Source: an uncultured Gammaproteobacteria bacterium (GTDB lineage Bacteria; Pseudomonadota; Gammaproteobacteria; Steroidobacterales; Steroidobacteraceae). From it: a DNA stretch of 64,000 nucleotides. Location: positions 820,753 through 884,752 of the forward strand of contig CAVWEX010000001.1 of assembly GCA_963754125.1 (NCBI GenBank), read 5' to 3'. How positions within the stretch are numbered: position 1 is the first letter of the stretch; each line of letters opens with the position of its first letter. A program made the position numbers and the translations under genes. Positions 1 to 12,839 of the stretch are shown here, one piece after another. The notes beneath the pieces are model-generated. The model was not told where the DNA came from. It was given only the letters and a program-made list of their open reading frames with translations, and made no database searches.

Positions 1-13
1 TGCAATGTGTCGT

Positions 14-1338
14 TCAGTCCGCGAGCAGCACGCGCGGCACGTTCCTGAAATCCTCGGTGTCGGAGATCACGACCTGGTCGCCTTCGGCGAGCCCGCCCGT
101 GATCTCGACTTCCCGGACGCTGACGGCGCCGGTGGTGATCGGCCGCTGCTCGGCGACGCCGTCCTTGACGACGTAGGCCGTGGCGCCGCCACCGGCCTCG
201 TAGAAGCCGCCGCGCTCCACCTTCAGCACGTCGTCGCGGCGGTCCATCAGGATGCGCACGGACACGCGCTGGTTCTGGCGCAGGCCCGGCCGGCACCTCG
301 CGCAGGCGGACGCGACCCGTGACCTCGCCCTGGCGCACTTCCGGCGAGATCGCACTCACCTCGCCCGGGTAGGTCTTGCCGCCGAACGACACTTCCGAGG
401 CCATGCCCGGCCCGATCGTGCCGGCATAGGTCTCGGCCACGCGGAATTCGATCTCGAGCGCGGAGAGGTCCACGACCGTGAGCAGCGCGGCGTCCTGCTG
501 GACCGCCGCCTTCTGCGTCACGGCGAGGTTGCCGATGATGCCGTCGACCGGCGACTTCACCGCGAGCTCGCCGACGCGGCGCTCGAGGTCCTCGACCAGC
601 AGCTGCTGGCGGTCGCGCTGCAGGCGGCGCGTCTGCAGCTCGAACTCGAGGCTCTCCTTCTCGAGGCCGGCGCGTCGCGACGGCGTGCTTGTGCGTCAGC
701 TTCGCCTCGTCGAGCTCGTCGCGGGCGCGCTGGAAGTCCCGCTCGCTGATGACCTTCTGCGCCCAGGCCTGCTCGGCGCGCGCGAACTCGCGCTCGGCGG
801 CCCGGATCGCCACACCCGCCATGTCGCTGGTCTGCTGGCCCTGCAGGACCTTGCGGCCCACGTCGATCTCCTGGCGCTTGAGGTCGACGCGCAGGCTCTC
901 GAGCGTCGCCTGCTCGCGCTCGAACTCGTTGCGCAGGCCCGGGCTCTCGACCGTGGCGAGCAGGTCGCCCTTCCGGACCGCGTCGCCCGCGTTGCGCGCG
1001 TAGGTCACGGTACCGGCCGCCGGCGCGTAGAGCGTCGGGCTGACCGCGGCGACCACCGTGGCCTGTGCGGCCACGTCGCTCACGAACTCGCCGCGCGTGA
1101 CCGTCGCGATGCGCACGCGCTCGCGCGACACCGTGGCGTCGCTCGAACTCCACGCCTTCAGCAGCGAGGCGAGCGCCACGAGGACGAGCACGAGCAGCAG
1201 CCCGCCCGCGACCAGCCAGACCCGCCGGTCGTGCCGCCAGCCCGTGGGGGTCGCGATCTCGCGATCCTGGGCGGCGGTGCCGCGCATGCCGGCGGTAGCC
1301 GGACGGTCGGGGATGCGGGTGATGGGAGCAAGCGGCAT
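14..1338 (-). CDS. HlyD/MacA-family efflux periplasmic adaptor (membrane fusion protein); frame broken twice
   Basis: ORF 247..1389(-) gives the N-terminus with one TM helix (RVWLVAGGLLLVLVLVALASLL) and coiled-coil adaptor segments (EFEREQATLESLRVDLKRQEID). Hand translation of a second frame continues LEFELQTRRLQRDRQQLLVEDLERRVGELAVKSPVDGIIGNL...VVDLSALEIEFRVAE. ORF 14..355(-) supplies the C-terminal barrel (VSVRILMDRRDDVLKVERGGF...EVEITGGLAEGDQVV). Frame changes lie near 680 and 295. I prefer the ATG at 1338 (or 1287) to the TTG at 1389. Confidence 0.7.
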
Positions 1339-1558
1339 CGGTTGGGTCCGGAGGGGTACGCCACGGAACTCTTGCAGGGATCGTGCCAACCCCGGCCGAA
1401 AGGCTCGTCCTCACTGGAATCAACGACTTGTCGCTGCCGTGTCGGACGATCGCCGGACCGGGCGCGTGTCCGGTCGCGGACAGCGGACGAGTCCGCGGAC
1501 ACATTCCCCCGGCCCGGCCGAAATGACATAGTTCCGGCCCCGAGGGAGGAAACGAACC

Positions 1559-2420
1559 ATGGATATTCGCGGACGCCGCCAGAGCAGCAACATCGAGGAC
1601 CGTCGAGGCATGCGCCCCGTGCGCACCGGCGTCGGGCTCAGCGTCGGCGGCGTGCTGATCCTGTTGGTGCTGAGCCTGTTCGGTATCAACCCGCTGCCGT
1701 TCCTCGGCATCGCCACCAAGGCGCCCGAGGTGCAGATGCAGGACACCGGCCAGCCCTACCAGGAAAACGCGCAGGAGGCGGAGGCGCGCGAGCTGACGGC
1801 CGTCGTGCTGGCCGACACCGAGGAAACGTGGAGCGCGCTGCTGCCCAAGTACGGCCTCCAGTACGTCGAGCCGCGGCTCGTGCTGTTCAACGAGGCGGTC
1901 GAGTCGGCCTGCGGCACGGGCCAGTCCGCGATGGGCCCCTTCTATTGCCCGCTCGACCAGAAGGTGTACCTCGACATGTCGTTCTTCCGCGACCTGGAGC
2001 AGCGCTTCGGCGCGCCGGGCGACTTCGCGCAGGCCTACGTGATCGCGCACGAGGTCGGCCACCACGTGCAGAACCTCGCCGGCACGTCGGAGAAGGTCCG
2101 CGCGGCGCAGAAGAGGCATGAGCCAGGCCGACGCGAACGCGCTGTCCGTGCGAATGGAGCTGCAGGCCGACTGCTACGCCGGCGTCTGGGCCCACAACGC
2201 GGCGCGCTCGCGCCAGCTGCTCGAGGCGGGCGACGTCGAGGAAGGTCTGCGCGCCGCGAGCGCGATCGGCGACGACCGCATCCAGAAGCAGACGCAGGGC
2301 CGCGTCGTGCCGGACGGATTCACGCACGGCAGTTCCGAGCAGCGCATGCGCTGGTTCAACCGCGGGCTCGAGACCGGCGATCCGGCGGCTTGCGATACGT
2401 TCGCTGCGGCGCAGCTCTGA
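1559..2420 (+). CDS. ypfJ: YpfJ-family neutral zinc metallopeptidase
   Basis: ATG 1559 is preceded by GAGGGAGGA. There is an N-terminal TM segment and an HExxH site ([12 protein letters not shown]). The C-terminal third ([13 protein letters not shown]...[12 protein letters not shown]) lies in ORF 2118..2420, with a frame change near 2105. Confidence 0.8.
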
Positions 2421-2449
2421 TCGCCGTCGCGGCGGGTCAGCGGATCCGC

Positions 2450-2504
2450 GCCGGACGCGTCTCGAGTCGCTCCCCGATACTCGCTTGGTCGGGACGCGTC
2501 CGGC
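2450..2504. terminator. Perfect 12-bp inverted repeat between convergent genes (candidate bidirectional terminator/structure)
   Basis: GCCGGACGCGTC (2450-2461) and GACGCGTCCGGC (2493-2504) are exact reverse complements with a 31-nt spacer. There is no U-tract. Confidence 0.3.
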
Positions 2505-2544
2505 ACGGACCCGCCGTCGCTGCGCTGGGCGCAGAGGCGATCGC

Positions 2545-3658
2545 TCAGAGGTTCAGGCGGCCCGCGTAGCCGGTGAGCTCTAGGTAGCCGCGGCCGAGCG
2601 GCGCGCCGTCGGGCGCGCGCAGCCGGATCGGCCCTTCCCAGTAGATCGTGCCGGTGCTCGAGCGCGAGTCGAGCTCGGCGTCGTCCATCAGCGGCTCGAC
2701 GTCGAACTCGCGATCGCCCACGCGCACGCGCCACGCGACGGGGTACTCGGCGCCGGTGCGCGGTGAGCGCCACATCCGCGTCGGAGACCACGTGACCTCC
2801 GTCAGGCTTGAACGTGCGCACGCTGCCGTCGGGCTCGCGCAGCGTCGCCGCGGCCCAGCGCGCGTTGCCCGCGGCGTCGCGCATGCGGAACGCCATCAGC
2901 GCGCCGCCGTCCTCGAGGTTGACGCCCAGCCAGTCCCAGCCGCGGGCCTCCGCGTCCATCACGTCGCTGGACCACTCGTGGTCGAACCACGCCTCGCCGG
3001 TGACGGCGCGCCGCCGGCCGTCGAGCACGATCTCGCCGCTCACGCGCAGCTGCGGCAGGCTGTAGTAGTAGCTCGCCTGGTCCGGGCTCGGGCCCTTGCG
3101 GCTGTAGCCGCGCTCGCCCTGCAGCAGCGGCGGCTGCACCCGGTCGAGGTCGAGCCGCAGCGCGAAGTCCTCGCCGGCCACCACCGCGCGGTAGCGATCC
3201 CCATCCTGCCGCAGCGACCAGTCGTCGAGTCGCAGGTCCACGCGGCCCTCGCGCGCGTACGCGAGGTCGAATCCGGCGCGCGCCGAGCGCTCGGCGTGAC
3301 GCAGCCGGCCGTGCGCCGGATCGGCGACCGCCGCGTGGCCGAACAGGATCTGCGTGGGCGCGAAGCGACTCGGGTTCGACTCGCCGAGCCCCGGCCGCAC
3401 GCGGAAGAACGTCACCTGGAAGCCGAGCGGCGCGCCGGCCTCGTCCTGCACCCAGCCGGTCACGTACCACCACTCGATGCGGTAGTCGGGATGCGCGCCT
3501 TCGTTACGCGGGAACTCCAGCTCGACGCCGGGCACGACCGGCGGGTAGGCGACCTCGGCGCGCAGCGGAGCGAATGCGTACAGGCAGCAGGAGAACAGCA
3601 CGAGCGTGACGACGCGCTCACGCGGCCGGCGATCACGCACGAACGTGCCCGGTTTCAC
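2545..3658 (-). CDS. AttH/CrtC-like lipocalin-fold lipoprotein (last gene of the operon)
   Basis: GTG 3658 overlaps the permease stop (GTGA). The N-terminus is lipobox-like (VVTLVLFSCCLYA). AttH/CrtC-type motifs are present: PDYRIEWWYVTGWV, FQVTFFR, YYYSLPQLRVSGEI, EAWFDHEWSS. The last 76 aa come from ORF 2545..2775, with a frame change near 2780. Confidence 0.65.
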
Positions 3659-6181
3659 CAGTCTTCCTTCACGGCGCGCACCACGTCGTCGCCCATCGCC
3701 TGGCGGCCGCTCACGGCCGAGGTGAGCGCCGCGGCGACAACCAGCACGCCGCTCAGCACCGCGAGCAGCCCCCACGGCACGTGCACGTCCATGGTCCAGT
3801 GGAACGACTGCCGGTTCACCACGTAGATCAGGATCAGGCTCACCACGAAGCCCACCACGAGCCCCGTGACCACGCCCACCGCACCGAGCGCCGCGCCCTC
3901 GAAGGCCAGCATCCTGCCGATCTCGCCGCGCGTCACGCCGAGGTGGCGCAGCATGCCGAACTCGCCGCGCCGCGCCAGCACCTGCGAGCTCGTGCTCGCG
4001 CTGATGCCGAACAGCCCGATCAGCACCGCCACCGCCTCGAGCAGGTAGGTCACCGCGAAGGTGCGGTCGAAGACGCGCAGCGACATCCGGCGGATCTCGC
4101 GCGGCACCGCGATCTGGTAGCTGCCCTCGCGCTGCAGCGCGGCCTGGATGCGCTCGACCACCACGTCGGGTTCGGCGCCGCGCTCGAGCCACAGCGCCGC
4201 CGTGGTGGCGCGCGTGTCGCCGGTGTAGCGCACGAACACGTCGCGCGGCAGCACCACCGATCCACCCGGGCGCTCGTAGTCGCGCCACAGTCCGCGCACG
4301 CTGGCGCGCACGACCTCGCCGCCGAGCGGCAGGTCGAACACCGTGCCGACGTCGTAGCCGCGCAGGTCGAGCGCCGCTTCCGAGGCCCACACCGGCACGG
4401 TGCCCGGCGGCGCGGGCGCGGGGTCGGTGCGGCGCAGCGGCAGGATGGCGCCGGCGCCGGCCTCGTCGATCGGCCGCGCGATCAGCGTGAACGGCAGCCC
4501 GGAACCCGGCAACGCGACGTCCTGGAAGCGCACGAAGTCGGCGCGCGCGACGCCGTCGACGCCGGCGATCACGCGCTGCGCGGCCTCGTCGAGATAGCTC
4601 GTGAGTCCGGCCGAACCGGCGCGCACGTAGAGGTCCGCCGGCAGGATGCGCTGCATCCACGCGTCGAGCGAGATGCGGAACGAGTACACCATGATCGCCA
4701 TCGAGACCATCAGGCTGAAGCTCACGAGCACGGCCGCGATGCTCACGGTCGAGCGGCGCGCCGTGCCCTTGAGCTGCGCGCTCGCGATCTGCAGCCACGG
4801 CGGACCCGCGGCGGGCAGGCGGTCGAACGCGAGGTGCGAGAGCGTGGGCGCGAAGAACACCGCGCCGAGCAGCAGGCAGGCGATCGCCGTGTAGCCCGGC
4901 AGCGCGATGCCCTCGATCGGCGGCAGCAGCAGCGCCGCGACGGCGGCGGCCGACGAGCGCGAGCGCCACCCAGCCGTGACGGCGCGCCGCAAGCGGCGCC
5001 TCGTCGCCCGCCTTGAGCGCGGCGGCGGCGGGCACCGAGGCCGCCTCGCGCGCCGGACCCAGCGTGGCGACGATCGCCGCGGCGACACCGAGCCCGAGGA
5101 ACGCCAGCGTCTCCACCGGATGCACCGTGAGCTGCGGTGCGACGCCGCGGAAGTAGCCGGCGCCGAGGTCCGCGCCGAAGGCGGCGAGACCGGCGCGGGC
5201 GATGACGATGCCGAGCGCCACGCCGAGCGCCGCGCCCACGACGCCCACGAGCCCGCCCGACAGCAGCGCCGCCGCGAGCTGCTCGCGCACCGTCATGCCC
5301 ATCGCGTGCAGCAGCGCGATCTCGCGGCGGCGGCGCGCCACCGCGAGCGACTGCGTGGCGTACACGAGGAACGCGCCGGTGAAGAGCGCCACCAGCGCGA
5401 GCGCGGTGAGGTTCGAGCGGTACGCGAGCGACAGGCGCACCGCATCGTCGCTCGCCTCGCCGGGCGTGGTCAGGCGCACGCCGGGCGGCAGCAGCGCGCG
5501 CAGCGCATCCTGCACCGCGACCGGATCGGCGCCGGGCTCGAGGCGCAGGTCCACGCGATCGAGCCGGCCGAGCCGGTCGAGCCGCCACTGCGCGGTCGCG
5601 ATGTCGAGCATGCCGAGCGGCTGGCGGTACTCGCCCGCGGGCAGCAACCCGGCGACGCGCAACTGCACCGTGTCGAGCGCCACCTGCACCTCGAAGGCGT
5701 CGCCCACCGCGAGATCGAAGGCCTGCGCCGCCGCGGGGCTCAGCCACACCGAGTCCTCGGCGAGCAGGCCGCTGCCCTGCGAGGCGGTGGCGCCCGCCGC
5801 CGCGAGTCCCGGCTGCAGCCGCGCCGCGCGGAACGGATCGAGCCCGACGAGCTTCAGCGTCCGGTCGCGACCCGGCAGCCGCGCCTGCGCCTCGACGATG
5901 GGGCTCGCCACCGCGACGCCGGGCACGGCCGCGAGCTTCGGGTACAGCGCCTCGTCGAAGCCGAGCCCCGGCGCCTGCACCGAGAGGTCGGCCATGCCGA
6001 ACAGGCTGCGCGAGGCGAGCTGCACCTCGTCCGCGGCGACGCGGTTGATCAGGTACACGGAGAAGCCGAGCGCGACACCGAGCGCGATCGCGACGATCGC
6101 GAGGATCGTGCGTCCCGGCGCCTGGCGGAGCGGCCCGAGTGCCGCGGCCTCGAGCAGCGCCCGCCGCGCGCCGAACGTCAT
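3655..6181 (-). CDS. ABC transporter permease with two FtsX-type modules (YbbP/AttFG-like, about 840 aa)
   Basis: ATG 6181 (MTFGARRALLEAAALGPL...) in ORF 2174..6652 is joined near 4950 to ORF 3655..5088. There are two blocks of TM helices, each preceded by a large extracytoplasmic loop, and C-terminal FtsX-like helices (VTYLLEAVAVLIGLFGI...). Confidence 0.75.
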
Positions 6182-6198
6182 GGCGGGCGCGTCCACGC

Positions 6199-6929
6199 TC
6201 AGGCCGCCGGCGGCGCAGCGCGGGCGCAGCTGCAGCCCGGTGCGCGTCAGCTCGTAGATGCGATCTACGGTGGCCGCGGCAGTGGCCGAGTGCGTGACCA
6301 GCATGCCCGCCGCGTTGTCGCGCTTGATCTGGGCGCGGAGGATCTCGAGGATCACCGCGGCGTTGTCCGGGTCGAGGTTGCCGGTGGGCTCGTCGGCGAG
6401 CACCAGCGCCGGCCGGTGCGCGAGCGCGCGGGCCACGGCGACGCGCTGCATCTCGCCGCCCGACAGCTCGCGCGGCAGGCTGCCGGCGCGGTGCGCGAGG
6501 CCCACGGCCGTGAGCAGTTCATCGACGCGCTGCGCCGCCGCGGGACCGGCCTCGCCGTTGAGCGCGAGCGGCAGGCCCACGTTGCGCGCCACGCTGAGGT
6601 GCGGCAGCAGGTGGAAGGCCTGGAACACGAAGCCCATGCGCGCCCGCCGCACGCGGGTGCGCGCCGTCTCGTCGAGGCTGCGCGAGGTCGCGGCCCTCGA
6701 GCAGGATCTGGCCCGAGTCGGGCACGTCGAGCCCGGCGACGAGGTTGAGCAGCGTGGACTTGCCGACGCCGGACTCGCCCACGATCGCGACGTACTCGCC
6801 CGGCTGCACCGTGAGCTGGAGGCCGTCGAGCACGCGCCGGCCGCTCGCGCCGCCGTAGGACTTCGTCAGGTTGCGAACGTCGAGCATGCCGGTCAGATCG
6901 CAGCCGACGGCCGCGACAGCTGGATTCAT
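6199..6929 (-). CDS. ABC transporter ATP-binding protein (YbbA/LolD-like)
   Basis: ATG 6929 overlaps the ACP stop (ATGA). Motifs: Walker [10 protein letters not shown], signature LSGGEMQRV, Walker [10 protein letters not shown]-loop VTHS. There is a frame change near 6680. As given, the frame runs into the permease. Removing one base from a G/C run (6222-6238) yields ...LQLRRAAPPAA followed by TGA at 6199-6201, which I use as an uncertain 3' end. Confidence 0.75.
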
Positions 6930-7174
6930 CGTCGACGCCGCGGCCCGAGGTAGGCGACGCACTTGTCGAGGCTCGCGAGCCGCGAATAGTCCGTCTCCGG
7001 CACCTCGACGCCGAGTTCCCGGTGCAGCGCGATCGCGAAATTGAGCGTGTCCATGGAGTCGAAGTCGAACTGGTCGCGGAAGTCGATGCCGGGGATGACG
7101 CTCGACGCCTCGACGTCGGGCGCGATTTCGGTGATCAGGTCGAGGATACGCTTTGCGAGATCTTCGCGATTCAT
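6926..7174 (-). CDS. Stand-alone acyl carrier protein
   Basis: The protein is 82 aa with a phosphopantetheine attachment motif (DFDSMDTL). An AGGA-type RBS lies upstream of ATG 7174. The gene sits 9 nt after the E2 stop. Confidence 0.85.
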   Translation of the reverse strand: MNREDLAKRILDLITEIAPDVEASSVIPGIDFRDQFDFDSMDTLNFAIALHRELGVEVPETDYSRLASLDKCVAYLGPRRRR

Positions 7175-7183
7175 CTCATGTCC

Positions 7184-8338
7184 TCACAGCGAGCCGGGAT
7201 CGACGAGCCGCTGCGCGAGCTTCGCCAGGAACTGCGCGCCGAGCCGCCCGTCCGTGACGCGGTGATCGGCGCCGAGCGACAGGGTCAGCACCTGCCTCGG
7301 CACCACCTGTCCGTCCACGACCCAGGGACGCGCGGCGACCGCGCCGGCGCCCACGATCGCGACCTGCGGCGGCTGGATGATCGGGAACACGGCGTCCACC
7401 GACGCGTCGCCGAGGCTGGTCAGGATGATGGTGGGCGCGGCGAGCTCGCTCGCCCGCAGCCGACCGGCCCGCGCCCGCGACACGAGCGCGCGGAACTCCT
7501 CCATCAGCAGGGTGAGCGGCTTGTCGGCCGTGTCCATGAGCGCGGGTGCCACGAGTCCGCCGCCGCGCAGCGCGACCGCCACGCCGACGTGCACCGCCGG
7601 GCTTTCCTCGTAGCGTCCGTCGCGGTGGTAGCCGCTGAAGCCCGGCGTGTCGCGGCAGGTGAGCGCGAGGGCCTTCACCAGCAGCGCGGCGAACAGCAGT
7701 CGCTCGGTCACCGGCGCGGATGCGTTGTGCGCGGCCAGCCACTCGGTGGCCGCCGTGACGTCCACGGCCGTCGAGAGGTAGTAGTGCGGGATCTCACGCT
7801 TGGAGCGCGACATCGCCGCGGCGATCGCCGCGCGCATTCCGCCGCCCTGCCCCGCCTTCCCGACATCCTCCAGCGTCACCGCCCCACCCGGCCCGGAGCC
7901 CTGCAGCGACTCGACGTCCACGCCGAGTTCGCGGGCGCGCTTGCGGGCCGCGGGTGAGATCGCGCGCGCCGGGAAGACGCAGGCGGAGGCACGAGGTCGA
8001 CCTCGTGGACCCCGCCCGCGCCCTCTCCCGCCGGGGCGAGGTCGGGAGTGTGACCCTCGCCCCGGCCTGCTGTCGTGGTCTCGGCAGCAGGCGGAGAGCC
8101 CTCGGTCTCGATCAGCGCCAGCACCGTGCCGACCGGCACCTTGCGTGCCGGGCTGCACGACGATCTCGCGCACCACGCCGTCCTCGAAGATCTCGACGTC
8201 GATGGCGCCCTTGTCGGTCTCGACGATCGCCACGACGTCGCCGCGCTTCACGCGGCTGCCGGGCACCACGTGCCACTCGACGATCGTGCCTTCGTCCATG
8301 TCCGCGCCGAGCGCGGGCAGCCTGAATTCACTGGGCAT
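7184..8338 (-). CDS. 2-oxoacid dehydrogenase E2 (dihydrolipoamide acyltransferase)
   Basis: The lipoyl domain carries [11 protein letters not shown]. It is followed by an Ala/Pro/Gly linker and a subunit-binding segment ([33 protein letters not shown]). The catalytic domain has [12 protein letters not shown]. The linker is read from ORF 7876..8139, with frame changes near 8140 and 7985. Confidence 0.85.
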   Translation of the reverse strand: MPSEFRLPALGADMDEGTIVEWHVVPGSRVKRGDVVAIVETDKGAIDVEIFEDGVVREIVVQPGTQGAGRHGAGADRDRGLSACCRDHDSRPGRGSHSRPRPGGRGRGRGPRGRPRASACVFPARAISPAARKRARELGVDVESLQGSGPGGAVTLEDVGKAGQGGGMRAAIAAAMSRSKREIPHYYLSTAVDVTAATEWLAAHNASAPVTERLLFAALLVKALALTCRDTPGFSGYHRDGRYEESPAVHVGVAVALRGGGLVAPALMDTADKPLTLLMEEFRALVSRARAGRLRASELAAPTIILTSLGDASVDAVFPIIQPPQVAIVGAGAVAARPWVVDGQVVPRQVLTLSLGADHRVTDGRLGAQFLAKLAQRLVDPGSL

Positions 8339-9321
8339 CGCTGAACAACCCCCGCACGGCGGCGACGATGCGCTTGGCGTTCGGCAGCGCCGCCTCCTCG
8401 AGATGCTTCGGATACGGGATCGGCACTTCCTCGGTGCACACCCGCGCGATCGGCGCATCGAGGTCGTAGAAGCCCTGCTCCACGATGCGCAGGCCGACCT
8501 CGGCCGCGAGGCTGCCGGTGCGCCAGCCTTCGTCCACGATCACGACGCGCTTGCGTCCTGCGCACCGAGGCGAGGATGGTCGCGTCGTCGAGCGGACGCA
8601 GGCTGCGCAGGTCCACGATCTCGGCCTCGATGCCGCCCGCGGCGAGTTCCTCCGCCGCCGCGACGCAGCGCCACAGGCTCGCGCCGTAGGTCACGAGCGT
8701 GACGTCGCGGCCGGCGCGGTGGATGCGCGCGCCGTCGAGTCGCACTTCGGATGCGGCGGCCGTGAGTTCCCCTTCCATGTTGTAGAGCGAGATCGGCTCG
8801 AACACGATCACCGGGTCGGGACAGGCGAGCGCGGCGCGCAGCATGCCGCGCGCGTCGTCGATGGTCGCGGGCTCCACCACGCGCAGCCCGGGCACGTGCG
8901 CGTACCAGGCCTCGAGGCTGTGCGAGTGCTGCGCGGCGAGCTGCCGCCCCGCGCCCGTCGCCATGCGGATCACGACCGGCACCGGGAACTGCCCGCCCGA
9001 CATGTGGCACAGCGTCGCCGCGTTGTTCACGATCTGGTCGAGCGCGAGCAGGCTGAAGTTGACCGTCATGATCTCGACGATCGGCCGCATCCCGCCGAGC
9101 GCCGCGCCGATGCCGGCACCGACGAACGCCGACTCCGAGAGCGGCGTGTCGCGGATGCGCTCCTCGCCGAATTCCTCGAGCAGCCCCTTGCTGACCGCGA
9201 AGCAGCCGCCGTACTTGCCGACGTCCTCGCCCATCAGGAACACGCGCGGATCGTCGTGCAGCGCCTCGCGGATCGCCTGCTTCACGGCCTCGCGATAGGT
9301 GATGCGCACGGTGTCGCTCAT
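8328..9321 (-). CDS. 2-oxoacid dehydrogenase E1 beta subunit
   Basis: ATG 9321 overlaps the E1alpha stop (ATGA). The sequence runs [21 protein letters not shown]...[12 protein letters not shown]...IRDTPLSE, typical of E1 beta. The last 71 aa come from ORF 8328..8543, with a frame change near 8545. Confidence 0.85.
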
Positions 9322-10305
9322 GACGCCACCTCCGCGTAGACGTGGCGCGCGAGGTCCTCGACCGGCTCCCACTCGGCGCGCTGCGGCGAACTCCGCTGCG
9401 GCACGCACCTCGTCGTCCGCCTGCGTGCTGCAGGCGCTGGAAGTCGTCCTCGGTCATCAGGCCCGCGGCCTTGAGCCGCGTCGTGAGCGTGATGAGCGGC
9501 CCGCGCTGCGCGCCACTCCTCGACCTCGGCCTTGTCGCGGTAGAGCTGCGCGTCGAACATCGAGTGCGCGCGCAGCCGGTAGGTGCGGAACTCGAGCAGC
9601 ACCGGGCCACGGCCCGCGCGCGCGTGCTCCGCCGCGCTGCGCACCGCCGCCTCGACCGCGAACACGTCCATGCCGTCCACCGCCGCGGCGCGCACGCCGT
9701 AGGCGGCGGCCTTGGCCTGGATGTCGGTCTGCGACTCCGAGCGCGCCAGCGCCGTGCCCATGGCGTAGAGGTTGTTCTCGCACAGGAACAGCACCGGCAG
9801 CTTCCACAGCGCCGCGAGGTTCATGCGACTCGTGGAACTCGCCCTCCGCGGCCGCACCTTCGCCGAAGAAGCAGGCGGCGAGGTTGCGGCGTGCCCTGCA
9901 GCTTCTCGGCGAGCGCGAGCCCCACCGCGAGCGGCAGCCCGCCGCCCACGATGGCGTTGCCGCCGTAGAAGCGCGTGGCCGCGTCGAACACGTGCATCGA
10001 GCCGCCGCGCCCGCCGCTGCAGCCGCTGCGCTTGCCGTACAGCTCCGCCATCAGCGGGTTCATGGCGATGCCGCGCGCGAGCGCGTGGCCGTGCTCGCGG
10101 TAGGTGGAGACGATCGCGTCGCCCGAGCCCAGCACCTGCATGACGCCGACGGCGATCGCCTCCTCGCCGTCGCACAGGTGCAGGAAGCCGCGGATGTGCC
10201 CGGCGCCGTAGAGCTCCGCGCAGCGGTCCTCGAACTGGCGGATGCGCAGCATCTCGCCGAGCAGGTGCAGGCCGCGCTCGCGGGTGAGTCCGGCGGGCAG
10301 GTCGC

Positions 10306-10309
<4 letters not shown>
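9318..10309 (-). CDS. 2-oxoacid dehydrogenase E1 alpha subunit (ThDP-dependent)
   Basis: ATG 10309 overlaps the ligase stop (ATGA). Motifs: [36 protein letters not shown]. Hand translation gives [46 protein letters not shown]. There are about five frame changes, near 9897, 9828, 9490, 9415 and 9385. Confidence 0.8.
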
Positions 10310-12073
<1,764 letters not shown>

Positions 12074-12233
12074 GGAGGTTCCCCTCGTGCCGGAAGGTGT
12101 CGTTCGCCCTCACTGTAGGCGCCGCGGACCGCGCCTGAATGCGGAATTACCGCGGACAGGTGTTTCCCCCGATGACCACGCGTCGGCCGCTCTGGTAATC
12201 GGGAAGGACCCCACCCGAGGCACGGAGCCTGCC

Positions 12234-12839
12234 GTGACCAACCCACCCTCCCCGCCGGTCGAGCTCGACGTCCGGGTGCCCGTGTGGGAGCGGGTGTTCA
12301 TGGTCGCCCCGCTGGTGCTCGTGGGCACGCGCGAGCCGGACGGCACGTTCGACCTCGCGCCGAAGCACCTCGCGCTGCCGTTGAGCTGGCAGAACCACTT
12401 CGGCTTCGTCTGCACCCCGCGCCACTCGACCTACGCGAACGCGTTGCGCGAGCGCGCCTTCACCGTGAGCTACCCGCGGCCCGCGCAGCTGGTGCACACG
12501 AGCCTCGCCGCCTCGCCGCGCTGCGCCGACGGCACGAAGCCGGCCGTGGCGACCTTGCCCACGCGGCCGGCGCGGCGCGTCGCCGGCGTGCTGGTGGACG
12601 GCGCCTCGCTCGCGCTCGAGTGCGAGCTCGAGCGCGTGGTGGAGGGCTTCGGCGAGAACGGCCTCGTGGTCGGCCGCATCGTCGCGGCCTGGGCGGACCC
12701 GGCGGCGCTGATCGACGCCGACCGCGAGCCCGAGCAGGTGCTGGCCGAATCGCCGCTGCTCGCCTACGTGCATCCGGGGCGGTTCGCCGAAATCGCCGCC
12801 GCGTATTCGTTCCCGCTGCCGGAGGGCATGCACCGGTGA
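12234..12839 (+). CDS. Flavin-reductase-like (split-barrel FMN-binding) protein
   Basis: GTG 12234 has GGAG 6 nt upstream. The upstream part of ORF 12051 overlaps the divergent ligase gene. The pattern VFMVAPLVLVGT...DGTFDLAPKH...FGFVC matches the family by resemblance only. Confidence 0.55.
   Translation: MTNPPSPPVELDVRVPVWERVFMVAPLVLVGTREPDGTFDLAPKHLALPLSWQNHFGFVCTPRHSTYANALRERAFTVSYPRPAQLVHTSLAASPRCADGTKPAVATLPTRPARRVAGVLVDGASLALECELERVVEGFGENGLVVGRIVAAWADPAALIDADREPEQVLAESPLLAYVHPGRFAEIAAAYSFPLPEGMHR

Noticed and set aside
6182-6240. An in-frame ATPase-permease fusion of MacB-like architecture.
   Set aside because: A TGA at 6199-6201 becomes in-frame after removing one base from a nearby G/C run, and the permease has its own ATG at 6181. 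Given the error pattern, separate YbbA/YbbP-type genes are more likely. This cannot be proven without reads.
2174-6652. A 1492-aa minus-strand ORF that would fuse the ABC ATPase, the permease, the AttH-like protein and even antisense ypfJ sequence.
   Set aside because: It is an artefact of stop-codon-poor high-GC DNA plus frame breaks. Recognisable protein segments alternate with Arg/Ala/Pro-rich nonsense. The real genes are recovered by switching to ORFs 3655..5088 and 2545..2775. The long ORFs 44601..47615, 45554..47962, 46975..49368 and 48063..51413 arise the same way. Each is one dcw gene plus out-of-frame read-through of its upstream neighbour.
12121-12158. A direct 8-mer repeat CCGCGGAC (two copies, 28 nt apart) in the divergent control region of the accessory cluster.
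   Set aside because: An 8-mer repeat in GC-rich DNA is not clearly above chance, and no regulator gene is nearby to give it meaning.
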